Source: Longimicrobiales bacterium (lineage in GTDB: Bacteria; Gemmatimonadota; Gemmatimonadetes; Longimicrobiales; Gaopeijiaceae). Taken from it: a stretch of 64,000 bases of DNA. Under the pieces are notes generated by a model. That model searched no databases. It was not told the origin of the DNA and was given only the letters and a program-made list of their open reading frames with translations. A program made the position numbers and the translations under genes. The DNA lies in the NCBI GenBank assembly GCA_965249725.1, contig CBDFMQ010000002.1:1536001-1600000 (forward strand), given 5' to 3'. Shown here one piece after another: positions 27,151 to 39,120 of this stretch; within the stretch, counting starts at the first letter, position 1; every line of letters starts with the position of its first letter.

Positions 27151-27854
27151 GCCGTGCGTCCTCCGAAAAGAGCGGTACCTAGGCGTATCATCGTGCTGCC
27201 TTCCTCAATTGCAATCTCGTAATCATTCGTCATCCCCATCGAGAGCTCCTGCCCGACATATCCATCCAAGCCCTTGAGTCGGTCGTTCAACTCCCGCAGG
27301 CCCCGAAACGTACCCCGTAACACGGCCTCATCATCGGTAAAGGGAGCCATCGTCATGAGGCCCCTGACCTCTAATCCCGACATCGCGAGGATGTCTCTAA
27401 GATCGTCTCCGATCCCCCCGCCAGGGAGACCACCCTTGGTCTCCTCACCTGAGGTGTTCACCTGAATCAGCACGGGCTGTTTGCGCCCGAGTTCCTCGGC
27501 CGCGTGCGAGAGGCGCCGCGCCAAGCGGAGCGAGTCGACCGAGTGCACCAGCCCGGCCACTCCCACCACGCGCGGGGCCTTGCGGCTCTGAAGATGACCG
27601 ATCATATGCCACCGCACCCGCTCATCGGAGACCTCGACCGCCTTCTCTGCAAGATCCTCGACGCGATTCTCGCCCAGATCGAAGAGGCCGTGCATGAGTG
27701 CGGCTCGAACGGCCTCCAACGAATGCGCCTTGGTCACCGCAACCAGCGTGACCGCGTCCGGATCCCGCGCGCATCCTTCGGTCGCGCGGGCGATCCTCTC
27801 CCGGACCTCTCCGAGGGAACGTTCGAGCCGTGCCTCATACACAGGCGTGATCAT
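27147..27854 (-). CDS. yggS: PLP homeostasis protein (YggS family)
   Basis: LVAVTK, GENRV, WHMIGHLQS, LSMGMTNDY, RLGTALFG. Confidence 0.95.
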   Translation of the reverse strand: MITPVYEARLERSLGEVRERIARATEGCARDPDAVTLVAVTKAHSLEAVRAALMHGLFDLGENRVEDLAEKAVEVSDERVRWHMIGHLQSRKAPRVVGVAGLVHSVDSLRLARRLSHAAEELGRKQPVLIQVNTSGEETKGGLPGGGIGDDLRDILAMSGLEVRGLMTMAPFTDDEAVLRGTFRGLRELNDRLKGLDGYVGQELSMGMTNDYEIAIEEGSTMIRLGTALFGGRTA

Positions 27855-27886
27855 TCTATCGTGTCAATTCGGGACATGGTATGGGT

Positions 27887-27921
27887 AAAAAAAGGACCCC
27901 GCCGGCCACGCCGGCGGGGTC
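27887..27921 (-). terminator. Rho-independent terminator after tonB
   Basis: 12-bp stem GACCCCGCCGGC/GCCGGCGGGGTC with a 3-nt loop, then C and a T7 tract on the minus strand. Confidence 0.85.
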
Positions 27922-27949
27922 GCCATTTCGGAACCCTCGAACCGGTCTG

Positions 27950-28636
27950 TTAGCGGACCTCGAAGGTAATCGGGATCTGCACCCAGACCTTGACCACCTT
28001 GTCACGGTTCAGGGCCGGGGTGAACTCGTAGACAGCCGCTACCTCGAGCGCCGCCTCGTCGAGCTGCTCGTGACCCGACGTCCGGGAAATCCTCTTGTCG
28101 AGGACTCGACCCTGTTCAGAGATGAAGAACCAGACCAGGGCCTGTCCGCCGATTCCGGCATCCCGAAGGATCGGTGGGTAGGCCCTCATCATGGCCTGAA
28201 TCACCTCACCTCGGTTCTTGATTTCCGGTCGCACGGTCATCGGTGTAAAGACCGGTGCCGCGGAGATATCCGTGGTCGCCTCGGTCGGCGGCGGCGGCAG
28301 ATCTTCGACCGGGTTCTCCTCGAACGTCGTCGGGGCGATCGTGATGTCTTCGTCCACGGCTGCGGTCGCGATCACCGGCGTCGCGGGACGAGCGATCTGC
28401 TCGGGCGGCGGCGGAATCTCGATCTCGGGCGGGAGCTCGATAGTCTCGAGCTCTTCACTCGTGAACGAAACGTCCTCGGCCGTGAGCGTGGGCCAGAACT
28501 GGAAGATCATGAAGTGGACCACCGTCGCGGCGATCATCGACCCCCAAAACCATGAACTGAACGACTGCTTGAACCGGTCGTTCTCGGTCTCGAGACCGCT
28601 TACACTTCCCTCGGACGGCACAGCTTGAGCGTTCAT
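27950..28636 (-). CDS. tonB: Energy transducer TonB
   Basis: TM helix with His, Pro-rich linker, YP...AGIGG...LDEAAL...FTPA C-terminal domain. Confidence 0.9.
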   Translation of the reverse strand: MNAQAVPSEGSVSGLETENDRFKQSFSSWFWGSMIAATVVHFMIFQFWPTLTAEDVSFTSEELETIELPPEIEIPPPPEQIARPATPVIATAAVDEDITIAPTTFEENPVEDLPPPPTEATTDISAAPVFTPMTVRPEIKNRGEVIQAMMRAYPPILRDAGIGGQALVWFFISEQGRVLDKRISRTSGHEQLDEAALEVAAVYEFTPALNRDKVVKVWVQIPITFEVR

Positions 28637-29079
28637 CGTCTTTCTCTCGTCATACGTTGCTCGAGTTCCGTGGCGAACACCACACGTACCACTCCCGCGG
28701 CCACCAGTTGCTTCTGGATAAGGTCGATCGTGTTGTAGGTGACTTCACGGTCTCCACGGATAGAGATCACCAGGGCGCGGTCCGATGCAGCGTATAGCGG
28801 GCCGACGGTCCCAGCGATGTCACCCATGGCGAACGGTCGGTCGTTGATGAAAACGCCACCGTCCCGCTCCACCCAGATGTTCAGAATGTTCTTCACCTTC
28901 TCGTCGATCTTCTCGGTGGCTTCGGCTTCCGCCCAGACGATGGGCCGGTTCTTGTCATTCTGGAAGACCGTCGTGACCATGAAGAAGATGAGAAGTAAGA
29001 ACGCGATGTCGGCCAGTGACGAGGAGGGAACCTCCGACGACACCTTCGACTTGCGCGAGAATCCGCCTTTCATCGCCAT
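28633..29079 (-). CDS. exbD: Biopolymer transport protein ExbD
   Basis: SLADIAFLLLIFFMVTT. Confidence 0.9.
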   Translation of the reverse strand: MAMKGGFSRKSKVSSEVPSSSLADIAFLLLIFFMVTTVFQNDKNRPIVWAEAEATEKIDEKVKNILNIWVERDGGVFINDRPFAMGDIAGTVGPLYAASDRALVISIRGDREVTYNTIDLIQKQLVAAGVVRVVFATELEQRMTRERR

Positions 29080-29084
29080 TGTCG

Positions 29085-29510
29085 CTAGCCCTCCAGTAGC
29101 TGAAGAGAGATACGTTCGGCACCGGCTGTATGGAGAGCGTCCAAGACGTCGATCATGAACTTGTACGGTGCGTCGGGGTGCGTCTTCACGGCTGCGATGA
29201 GGTTGTCGTTGTCCGCGACATCCTGTCGCCAGATGCCCTCCAACTGATTGGGGCTGACCTGCTGCACCTGCGGGCTCTCACCACGCTTCAGGTCGACGAT
29301 GCCATTCGCCTGGATGATGATGTGCAGGATGTTCTTCTGGTTGATCGCGACCGTTTCCGACTCCTCCGGAAGGACGATGGCCAGGCCTTTGTCCTTCGGG
29401 AAGGTGGTGGTCACGAGAAAGAAGATCAGAAGCAGAAACGCGATGTCTGCCATCGACGAGGTCGGGACCTCGTCACTGACCTTCGATTTCTTGTTGTTGA
29501 GAACGGCCAT
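29085..29510 (-). CDS. exbD: Biopolymer transport protein ExbD (second copy)
   Basis: SMADIAFLLLIFFLVTT. Confidence 0.9.
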   Translation of the reverse strand: MAVLNNKKSKVSDEVPTSSMADIAFLLLIFFLVTTTFPKDKGLAIVLPEESETVAINQKNILHIIIQANGIVDLKRGESPQVQQVSPNQLEGIWRQDVADNDNLIAAVKTHPDAPYKFMIDVLDALHTAGAERISLQLLEG

Positions 29511-29578
29511 CTGAAGCCCCCGTGTATGTGCCAGCTACCGGCAATCCGCCGGAAAGGTTCCTCTAGTTCTTATGCGGA

Positions 29579-30307
29579 TCAGGCTTCGCCGGATCCCGGC
29601 GCCTCACTTGCGGGTGGTGCCGAATACGCCGGAGGATCGCCGGGCGCGGCTCCCGCCGAAGCAGCCGTCATGCCACCGAGATCGTAGGCGAGATCGAGAA
29701 CCTTCTGCGCACCCTGCTCCATATCGATGATCAACGTATCGATGCGGGAGACGAAGAAGTTGTATGCGATGTTCACCGGAATCGCGATCAACAGGCCTGT
29801 CGCTGTGGTAAGCAGGGCCACCTTGATGCCCCCCGCTACCAGCGTCGGGTCCACGTCACCGGCGGCTTCGATCGCCGCGAAGGCGAGGATCATGCCGACC
29901 ACGGTGCCCAAGAAGCCCATGAGCGGAGCGACGTTGGCCACGGTCGCCAGAATCACCAGGCCGCGCTCCAAGAAGCCCAACTCGATGGTCCCGGTGGTCT
30001 TGATGGCCTGAGTCATTTCCTCCATCTCGACTTCATCGGCCTTGATCTTGCGCAGTCCCGCCACGAGGATGGCGGCGGCCGGTCCCGGCCTTGCCGAAGC
30101 AAGTGCCAAGGCCTCGTCGAGGCGGCCCGCGTGGGCGGCCTCGTCGACCTCGGCGAGGACGGCTTGGGTGCTGCTATGGGCGACCCAGAGGGTCCACGCC
30201 TTCGCGATCATCACGCCGAGCGCGATGAGCGAACAGAGCACCAACGGATACATCATCAAGCCACCATCGGCGAACAGCGACAGAATATCGTATTGACTCG
30301 CGTCCAA
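29579..30307 (-). CDS. exbB: MotA/TolQ/ExbB proton channel protein
   Basis: APLMGFLGTVVGMI...GIKVALLTTATGL. Confidence 0.92.
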   Translation of the reverse strand: MDASQYDILSLFADGGLMMYPLVLCSLIALGVMIAKAWTLWVAHSSTQAVLAEVDEAAHAGRLDEALALASARPGPAAAILVAGLRKIKADEVEMEEMTQAIKTTGTIELGFLERGLVILATVANVAPLMGFLGTVVGMILAFAAIEAAGDVDPTLVAGGIKVALLTTATGLLIAIPVNIAYNFFVSRIDTLIIDMEQGAQKVLDLAYDLGGMTAASAGAAPGDPPAYSAPPASEAPGSGEA

Positions 30308-30460
30308 GCGACGCTCCTTTGTGCAACGGTCCTGTTACCGTCTACCTGCAGACGGTCCCATCCGAGTAAGACGGGCCAATCTAGTGCCCGGTCCCGGAAA
30401 TTCCTAGACCACCTGTCAGGTCATACGAGAACACAGTATTTGGGCTTTCATGCGGGCCCG

Positions 30461-30725
30461 CAAGCGCACCTACAAACGCACCTACAAGCGCACCTACAAG
30501 CGCACCTTACAAGCGCACCTACAAGCGCACCTACAAGCGCACCTACAAGCGCACCTACAAGCGCACCTACAAGCGCACCTACAAGCGCACCTACAAGCGC
30601 ACCTACAAGCGCACCTACAAGCGCACCTACAAGCGCACCTACAAGCGCACCTACAAGCGCACCTACAAGCGCACCTACAAGCGCACCTACAAGCGCACCT
30701 ACAAACGTACCTACAAGCGCACCTA
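30461..30725. repeat. Tandem repeat of 22 x 12 bp (CAAGCGCACCTA)
   Basis: Counted directly: 19 perfect units, two substitution variants (30473, 30702) and one 13-bp unit (30497). No spacers. Confidence 0.97.
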
Positions 30726-31520
30726 CGCGAGACTGGGTGCGAGGGCTGCTTGCCGCTCCGGCAAAGTCCCCCCGAGGATCTCCCTCAGGCGGGCCGAATC
30801 CACGTCTCTCTCCAGTCGCCCCCGCTGAGCAACCGAGACCCGAGCGGTCTCTTCGCTCACCACGACGACCAGGGCATCGGTCTCTTCGCTCAGGCCGATG
30901 GCCGCACGGTGGCGCGTACCCAAGGTCTTGTCGGCCACCGCATACTGCGTCAGCGGAAGGATGGCACCCGCCGCGCGTATCTCGTCTCCCACCACGATCA
31001 CGGCCCCATCGTGCAGGGGGCTTCCTGGAGTGAAGATCGTCTGGAGCATCTCAGAGGAGACCGTCACCCTCTCCCGGCTGCCGGTCTGCGCGTATTCGTC
31101 GAGGCCGACCTCCTGCTCGATGGCAATGATCGCCCCCAACTTCTTGCGAGATAGTTCTTCGACGGCCTGGACGATCTCGTCGATCAGCACGCCCCCCTGC
31201 ATGGGACTGACCATGCGGATCAATCGACTCCGACCGAGACGGCTCAGCGCGGTTCTCAGCTCGGGCTGAAAGACGACCAGCGCCGCGATGACCCCGTACC
31301 GGAAGACCGACTCGAGGATGTACTCGATCAGGGTCAACCGGAGCACCTGCGAGACCAGGTAGGTCGCAGCCAAGACGAGCAGCCCTGACAGAATCTGCAT
31401 CGCCCGGGTCCGCTGGATGATCAGCAGCACCCGGTAGAACAAGAACGCGACGATGAGGATCTCGACCAGGTCGAGCCACCCCGGAAGGAAGAACTGCAGC
31501 TGATTCCAGAGTCGGGACAC
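30723..31520 (-). CDS. cdaA: Diadenylate cyclase CdaA
   Basis: Three TM helices, FQPELR, PLHDGA, LGTRHRAA, VSEET. Confidence 0.95.
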   Translation of the reverse strand: MSRLWNQLQFFLPGWLDLVEILIVAFLFYRVLLIIQRTRAMQILSGLLVLAATYLVSQVLRLTLIEYILESVFRYGVIAALVVFQPELRTALSRLGRSRLIRMVSPMQGGVLIDEIVQAVEELSRKKLGAIIAIEQEVGLDEYAQTGSRERVTVSSEMLQTIFTPGSPLHDGAVIVVGDEIRAAGAILPLTQYAVADKTLGTRHRAAIGLSEETDALVVVVSEETARVSVAQRGRLERDVDSARLREILGGTLPERQAALAPSLA

Positions 31521-31529
31521 GTCTACTCG

Positions 31530-33647
<2,118 letters not shown>

Positions 33648-33689
33648 TTGTTTCTGCTACACCAGGAAAGGCGTCAGAGTCCCCGACGC

Positions 33690-34229
33690 TCACAAACTCG
33701 CAATATAGGGCAAGTGGCGGAAGTTCTCGCTGAAATCGAGCCCGTACCCCACCAGAAACTCCTCGGGCGCATCGAACCCGATCCATCGAGGCTCCTGGAC
33801 GAGCCGGCCGATGCGCTTATGTAGAAGAGCGCAGATCTCCAGGCTCTTCGGGCCCCGCTCAGCGAGGAGCGGAATAAGGCGGTTGACGGTATTCCCGCTG
33901 TCGATGATGTCCTCCACGATAATCACCGCCCGGTCCGCCAGCGACGCCTCTGAATCGTACACCAACTGCACATCTCCACTACTCGTGGTGGCATCGCCGT
34001 AGCTCGACGCCACCAGGAAGTCGATCTGGAGAGGCAGGTCGACCGACCGAACCAGATCGGCCAAGAAAATGAAGGAGCCCTTCAACAGGCCCAACACCAA
34101 TAGATCGTCGTCCTCTGTGTAGGACTCGGTGATCTCCCTACCCATCTCCGCGACGCGTCGGGCGATCGTCTCCTCCGAGTAGACGATCCGGCCCAGCTCC
34201 TTTCCCCCCAACTTCGCTTGGATCGTCAC
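33690..34229 (-). CDS. hpt: Hypoxanthine phosphoribosyltransferase
   Basis: LLKGSFIF, VEDIIDSG, FLVGYGLD; tilS-hpt-ftsH synteny. Confidence 0.95.
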   Translation of the reverse strand: MTIQAKLGGKELGRIVYSEETIARRVAEMGREITESYTEDDDLLVLGLLKGSFIFLADLVRSVDLPLQIDFLVASSYGDATTSSGDVQLVYDSEASLADRAVIIVEDIIDSGNTVNRLIPLLAERGPKSLEICALLHKRIGRLVQEPRWIGFDAPEEFLVGYGLDFSENFRHLPYIASL

Positions 34230-35608
34230 CAGACCTCCGAGGTGGACATCGAGATAGCCAGGACCGTTTCCTCACCGGACGGGGCCACAAGGCATGACCG
34301 GGCTACACCGGGCACCCAGAGCACTCGACCACGGCCGTCCACCACGATCGGCAACCGAGAACGCCTATCCAGAGGTACGCGGGCCTCGCCGAAGACCTTC
34401 TTCAGCTTCTTGGAGCCGTACGAATAACGCACCCGGTCTCCGGCCGCCCATGCACGCATGCGGATGGGAAACTCCAGCCCTCCCAGGGCAAACCGCTCTA
34501 CCCACTGCCCTTCGGGGCACTTCCCTTCCGGCCGATCGGTGAGCGACCAGCGCGCCGACCAGTCCGTCCCCCCGACGACGAAGTCTCCCTCGCCCTGTGC
34601 AGGTCCGTCAATCTCCAGCGAGCCGTCGACCCCTCTCTCGGGAACGAGCTCGAGAACCAGATGATCGAAGGATCGATGTAGCCGCAGGAGGCCCGCAATC
34701 CAGTGCTCCTTGCCGCTGGCGCCCGCGCTAGTAAACAGAACGGCAGCGCGAGTTCCTGCCTCATCGAGGCGCACGCCCATCCGAGCTGAAAGGGTTCTCA
34801 GCGCGCGAGCTTGAACCTCTGGATCATGCGTCAGCCACGCAGCTCGATCGAGGGTCACCCGCGCTTCGCTCGCCTCGACGATCAGGTCGTCCAGCAGCTT
34901 CTCCAGGATCGACCTCCACGCTCGCTCCTCTCTCTCGGCGATCCCCGCCAGGCGCACCAGAGAGCTGCGAGCGCCCGGAGCGACTGCCTCTTCGAGCAGT
35001 GGCAGCACGGCGTGCCTGAGGACGTTGCGCGCATAGGCCGGATTCTCGTTCGACGGATCGACCCGCGGTCGAATCCCCACGGCTTGCGCGTACTCCTCCA
35101 GGCGCGCACGCGTGAACGGCAACAGGGGCCGCAGAATCCCGGGCTCTCGCTGCTCCGGAATCGCCGCGAGGCCACCCGTTCCGGTTCCTCGGACGATTCG
35201 GAACAGCACCGTCTCGGCCTGATCGTCGGCATGGTGAGCCGTGACGATCCACCGGGTCTCCAAGTCGCTGTGTTCCCCTTCCAGGAACTCGTAGCGGGCG
35301 TCCCGCGCCTCCTCTTCACTGGAGAGATCGGTCGCTGCCACACCCTCTCGGAGTGGAATTCCCCACGCCCGCGCGACGCCCCGGACCCATGAGGCGTCAC
35401 CCGCACTGCCCTGACGCATACGATGATCGAAGTGCCCTACCATGAGGCGAAGCTCGGGCAGCCCGGGGGAGAATCTCAGGAGGTGTAGGAGGACGAGGGA
35501 GTCCAATCCGCCCGACAGGGCCACCAGGACGCCGTCACCGTCCGAGAAGAAGCCCCGATCCGCCACGTGCTGCCCGAATTCACCGGTCAGGGCATGCCGA
35601 CGGCTCAT
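34226..35608 (-). CDS. tilS: tRNA(Ile)-lysidine synthetase
   Basis: SGGLDS PP-loop, AHHADDQAET, RPLL, DPSN. Confidence 0.95.
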   Translation of the reverse strand: MSRRHALTGEFGQHVADRGFFSDGDGVLVALSGGLDSLVLLHLLRFSPGLPELRLMVGHFDHRMRQGSAGDASWVRGVARAWGIPLREGVAATDLSSEEEARDARYEFLEGEHSDLETRWIVTAHHADDQAETVLFRIVRGTGTGGLAAIPEQREPGILRPLLPFTRARLEEYAQAVGIRPRVDPSNENPAYARNVLRHAVLPLLEEAVAPGARSSLVRLAGIAEREERAWRSILEKLLDDLIVEASEARVTLDRAAWLTHDPEVQARALRTLSARMGVRLDEAGTRAAVLFTSAGASGKEHWIAGLLRLHRSFDHLVLELVPERGVDGSLEIDGPAQGEGDFVVGGTDWSARWSLTDRPEGKCPEGQWVERFALGGLEFPIRMRAWAAGDRVRYSYGSKKLKKVFGEARVPLDRRSRLPIVVDGRGRVLWVPGVARSCLVAPSGEETVLAISMSTSEVW

Positions 35609-36438
35609 CCCGCCAACTCCGGCAAAGGCCTGCCGGCGACATCGGCCAACACCGGCCCGAGAATGTCGAGTCGGTCGGTCTGAATGCCGTCGACCCCCCA
35701 TGCGAGGAGCCTTCGCATGTCGTCCTCGTCGTCCACTACCCAGACATGGACGGGAATGTTGAGGCGATGAGCCTGCGCCACGAACCGTCGAGTCACCACG
35801 GGCAGGCCATGCCAGGCCTCAGGCACCTGAAGGACGTCGAAGACCGGTGCCATGAGGCCGACCATCCGAGCATGATCGGCGCACCAAAACCGAGCGATAT
35901 CCCTTCTGGAAGCACCCCAAGCTCCCTGATAGCCACGGGCGTCTCGGCGCCACCTCTCCACCTCGGCGGCCACGAGGACGCGATGCGTGGCGCTGTGCCG
36001 GCGAATCACCTCCACCAGGGGGCGGGCAACTTCCGGGGCCTTGGTCTCCACGTTCACCCGTGTCTCCGGGAACGCCTCGAGCACCTCGTCCAGGGTGGGC
36101 ACGTGTACGCCCGTGCCACGATACGAGGTGGCTCCGTTCAGATCCCGGAAGTGGAAGCCGGCGTCCAGCGCCTGGAGCTCCTGCAACGACATTGAGGCGA
36201 CCGACCCGGTACCGTCGCAGGTACGATCGACGGTCCAGTCGTGAATCAGGACGACCTCTCCGTCCGCCGTCAGGTGCGCATCGGTCTCGAGCATGTCGAC
36301 GCCCCACCCTTCCACGGCCAACCGGAAAGCCGCCATGGTGTTCTCGGGGGCCATGGCCGCCCCGCCACGATGGGCGATGAAGAGCGGGCTCCCTGCCAGG
36401 TAGGAGCGGCCGGGCCGCGGCCTAGGGGTTGAGGCCAT
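35605..36438 (-). CDS. Glycerophosphodiester phosphodiesterase
   Basis: IAHRGG, PENT, LETD, GVDGIQTD. Confidence 0.92.
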   Translation of the reverse strand: MASTPRPRPGRSYLAGSPLFIAHRGGAAMAPENTMAAFRLAVEGWGVDMLETDAHLTADGEVVLIHDWTVDRTCDGTGSVASMSLQELQALDAGFHFRDLNGATSYRGTGVHVPTLDEVLEAFPETRVNVETKAPEVARPLVEVIRRHSATHRVLVAAEVERWRRDARGYQGAWGASRRDIARFWCADHARMVGLMAPVFDVLQVPEAWHGLPVVTRRFVAQAHRLNIPVHVWVVDDEDDMRRLLAWGVDGIQTDRLDILGPVLADVAGRPLPELAG

Positions 36439-36450
36439 CGGTCCGGCGCG

Positions 36451-36966
36451 TCAGGACGCGGCAGCGCCGTCCCTGAAGCCCTCGACGTCGGCCGGATCGA
36501 CCCCGTGGAGCTGAAAGAGCACCAGGTCGAGAAGACGATCCGTCAGCGCCAGATCCCGCTCGGTCCGCGAGGCCTCTTCATCTTCCGGATCCCCATCCCG
36601 ATCCTGGAGCGCCACGACGCTGTCGGCCAGGAATGCGGCCACCTCTTCCACCACCTCTGGGCGGGGATTTGCGGGCGCCAGGGAATCGGGCATGACCTGA
36701 TTGAGAAGCAGTCCGCGGATATAGGCGAGGAATCCGGGGAACGTCAGTTCAGAAAGAGGCTCTCCCTCGACCTGCTCCTCGTCGGTGATGTCTTCCCACG
36801 CGAGTTCGTTTTGATACAGATCGGTGGCATCACTCAAGAGGTGTTCTCGCTCGGATTCCGACAAATCGGGGCCATCGGACGGAGTCGGGACGGTCAGCGT
36901 ACGACCCAGAGCACGCTCCAAGGCCTCTCTCCTCGCATCGAGCAATGCCTTGGCTCGAAAATCCAT
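36451..36966 (-). CDS. Hypothetical protein
   Basis: 171-aa ORF filling the gap in a minus-strand gene run. Confidence 0.7.
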   Translation of the reverse strand: MDFRAKALLDARREALERALGRTLTVPTPSDGPDLSESEREHLLSDATDLYQNELAWEDITDEEQVEGEPLSELTFPGFLAYIRGLLLNQVMPDSLAPANPRPEVVEEVAAFLADSVVALQDRDGDPEDEEASRTERDLALTDRLLDLVLFQLHGVDPADVEGFRDGAAAS

Positions 36967-37065
36967 ACTGTAGACTCCTCAGGGTCGTTTCGGGTAACCA
37001 CTCAGCCGGGGGCAACTTACCGACAGTCGTCGCCCGGCCGCTACTCCTTACGGATAAAGCGGAGC

Positions 37066-37833
37066 CTACTCCAGGCGATCTCGGCGGATTCGCCTTGCCA
37101 AACGGTCGTAGAGGCTGCGGGGCAGCATCTGGCCCACCCACACCAGGACCGAGAGGGACCAGGGGAACAGCAGCGAAGGACGCCGCGCGGCGATGGCTCC
37201 GTAGATCCGGTCCACCGCGTCGTCGAGTTCGACGAGGAAGGGCCGCTTCCGCACGTACTTGGAGGTGCCAGACGCCCTTACATGTCCCGGCGAAACGACG
37301 GTGACCGCGACCCCATCGTCCTCGAGATCGAGTCGGAGGCCCTCGAAGAAGACGCGTAGCGCGGCCTTGGATGCCCCGTAGCCTGAAGTCTTCGGAAGGC
37401 CTCCGAATCCGGCCAGACTGGACAGACAGACGAGATGCCCATGCCGGCGCTCCAACATGCCTGGGAGCACGGCCTCGACTGCATGGACGGCACCTAGGAA
37501 GTTGAGCCGCATCAGTCTTTCCACGTCGGCCGCCGCCAAACCATGGGTCTTCGTTCCCTCGCTGAGCCCGGCATTGGCTACGAGGAGATCGACGGGGCCC
37601 AGAGTCTGCTCACACGATCGGACCGCTCGGTGTACGGCCTTCGAATCGGTGACATCGCACACCAAGACCTCGGCTCGCCCACCAGCGGCTTCGATCTCTT
37701 CCTTCGCGGCCCGAAGGGCCTCCTCCCGGCGTGCAGCGAGACCCACCCAGTACCCCTCCCGGGCTAGGCGTACTGCGAGGGCACGGCCGATCCCAGATGA
37801 AGCACCCGTGACCAGAGCGACTCGAGGGCTCAT
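37066..37833 (-). CDS. SDR-family oxidoreductase
   Basis: TGASSGIG, NAG, YGASK. Confidence 0.92.
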   Translation of the reverse strand: MSPRVALVTGASSGIGRALAVRLAREGYWVGLAARREEALRAAKEEIEAAGGRAEVLVCDVTDSKAVHRAVRSCEQTLGPVDLLVANAGLSEGTKTHGLAAADVERLMRLNFLGAVHAVEAVLPGMLERRHGHLVCLSSLAGFGGLPKTSGYGASKAALRVFFEGLRLDLEDDGVAVTVVSPGHVRASGTSKYVRKRPFLVELDDAVDRIYGAIAARRPSLLFPWSLSVLVWVGQMLPRSLYDRLARRIRRDRLE

Positions 37834-38798
37834 CCGCCGCTCCGCAGGTCCCTCTCCCACGCGCCGAACGCCACCTCGTAGTACCGGGGATTGAACATGG
37901 CCCACTCGCCCAGTGACTCCGGCACCGAATAGGAACGAGCCGCATCGACAACGGGGATCCCGGCCTCCACAGCCCTCGTCGCCGCCGATCCGACGTCCTC
38001 CAGGAGATCCAAGTAGGGGGCGAGTCCGGCCAAGTCCGACGTGTCACCGTGACCGGGCACATAGATGGCCTCCGGGTCGACCAGGATCTCGCGAACATGA
38101 CGGATCAAGCTCGTTGGGCGGGCATCGCGGTAGTTAGGGAAGAGGCCGTTCCAAACGAGATCGCCGCACCAGACGATCCTCGGGTCATCCACCTCGACGG
38201 TGACGTCACTCGAGGTATGTCCCTCCCGGGCCGTAACCCTAACCACCCGACCACCCAAATCGATCTCCGTGGAGCCTTCCCCGGCGATGACCAGGTTGGG
38301 CAGAAGTCGATCTCGCGACTCCTCCGTCAGGAGCCGATGTGTTTCGCCCGTGGCCAGCACCCGTAACTCGCCGGGTCGGGCTCGGTATCCTCCCTGCCCG
38401 AACGAGTGGTCACCGTGATAGTGGGTCAGCACCACGTGGGTGGGCCGGCGGCCCGTGATGCGCTCGGCAGCGTCGCCGACCCAACGCGCTCCCTCGATCG
38501 TCGCCAGCCCCTCCACGGCCAGGACAGCATCGCGCCCGACGATGAAGCCGCCGTTGGAAAGGGTCGTGAAGTCGCCGCTCTTCAGGGGCGTGGAAACGAG
38601 CACCCAGACTCCCTCGGCGATCTCCTCGAGGCGCCCCCATGGCTCCACCGCCTGCGCGGTACCTCTCGGTGACGCCCCGAACGCCTCTCGAACGAACGAG
38701 GGAGCGAAGGTCGACGCGAGCACCAGGTGAGCCCCACATGAGGCGGACTGGTGGAGGAACCGGCGCCTGCTGAGGCCCCGTGGGGACGTAGCGGACAT
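37830..38798 (-). CDS. Tat-exported MBL-fold metallo-hydrolase
   Basis: SRRRFL twin-arginine signal, THYHGDH, GHT, GD, PGHG. Confidence 0.88.
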   Translation of the reverse strand: MSATSPRGLSRRRFLHQSASCGAHLVLASTFAPSFVREAFGASPRGTAQAVEPWGRLEEIAEGVWVLVSTPLKSGDFTTLSNGGFIVGRDAVLAVEGLATIEGARWVGDAAERITGRRPTHVVLTHYHGDHSFGQGGYRARPGELRVLATGETHRLLTEESRDRLLPNLVIAGEGSTEIDLGGRVVRVTAREGHTSSDVTVEVDDPRIVWCGDLVWNGLFPNYRDARPTSLIRHVREILVDPEAIYVPGHGDTSDLAGLAPYLDLLEDVGSAATRAVEAGIPVVDAARSYSVPESLGEWAMFNPRYYEVAFGAWERDLRSGG

Positions 38799-38837
38799 GA
38801 GAGCCTTTGAGATCGCGGGTGAGTGCCCATCCGACCG

Positions 38838-38874
38838 ACAAGAACCGGCCCCTCGGTAGATTCCGAGAGGCCGG
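38838..38874 (-). terminator. Terminator-like hairpin downstream of tRNA-Met
   Basis: Minus strand reads CCGGCCTCTCGG-AATCTA-CCGAGGGGCCGG-TTCTTG. Confidence 0.6.
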
Positions 38875-38895
38875 CGCCGGTTTTGATGCCTCCAA

Positions 38896-38969
38896 TAGCG
38901 GAGGAGGGACTCGAACCCCCGACACGCGGATTATGATTCCGCTGCTCTAACCACCTGAGCTACTCCGCC
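38896..38969 (-). tRNA. tRNA-Met(CAT), probably elongator; no encoded CCA
   Basis: GGCGGAGTAGCTCAGGTGGTTAGAGCA-GCGGA-ATCATAA-TCCGC-GTGTCGGGGGTTCGAGTCCCTCCTCCGCTA. Lacks the initiator GGG/CCC anticodon stem. Confidence 0.93.
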
Positions 38970-38989
38970 CCCATGCTGTCCTGCTCCAA

Positions 38990-39018
38990 AAACTCCCAAG
39001 AGTCCAGAGGGGTGTCAA
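38990..39018 (-). promoter_or_regulatory. Candidate sigma70 promoter of tRNA-Met
   Basis: Perfect TTGACA, 17-nt spacer, weak -10 GAGTTT. Confidence 0.45.
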
Positions 39019-39120
39019 GGCAGAGGTGCGGGCTATTTCGCCTGTGAAGGGGTACTCTTTCTGGTACGTAGTCTTGGTACGTCACGACAACGGACATTCC
39101 TGGTATCAAGGGGTCGTTTC

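Noticed and set aside
30461..30725. CRISPR array
   Set aside because: Units are 12 bp, head-to-tail, with no unique spacers, and no cas genes are in the window.
30131..31154. Plus-strand ORFs encoding (TSAP)n or (QAHL)n
   Set aside because: They are by-products of a stop-free 12-bp repeat and overlap exbB and cdaA on the opposite strand.
30723..31520. Cyclic-nucleotide anti-phage system (CBASS-like)
   Set aside because: This is an ordinary membrane CdaA in housekeeping context with no effector gene.
37830..38798. Acquired metallo-beta-lactamase resistance gene
   Set aside because: Generic HxHxDH MBL-fold hydrolase in a core region with no mobile context; substrate cannot be inferred.
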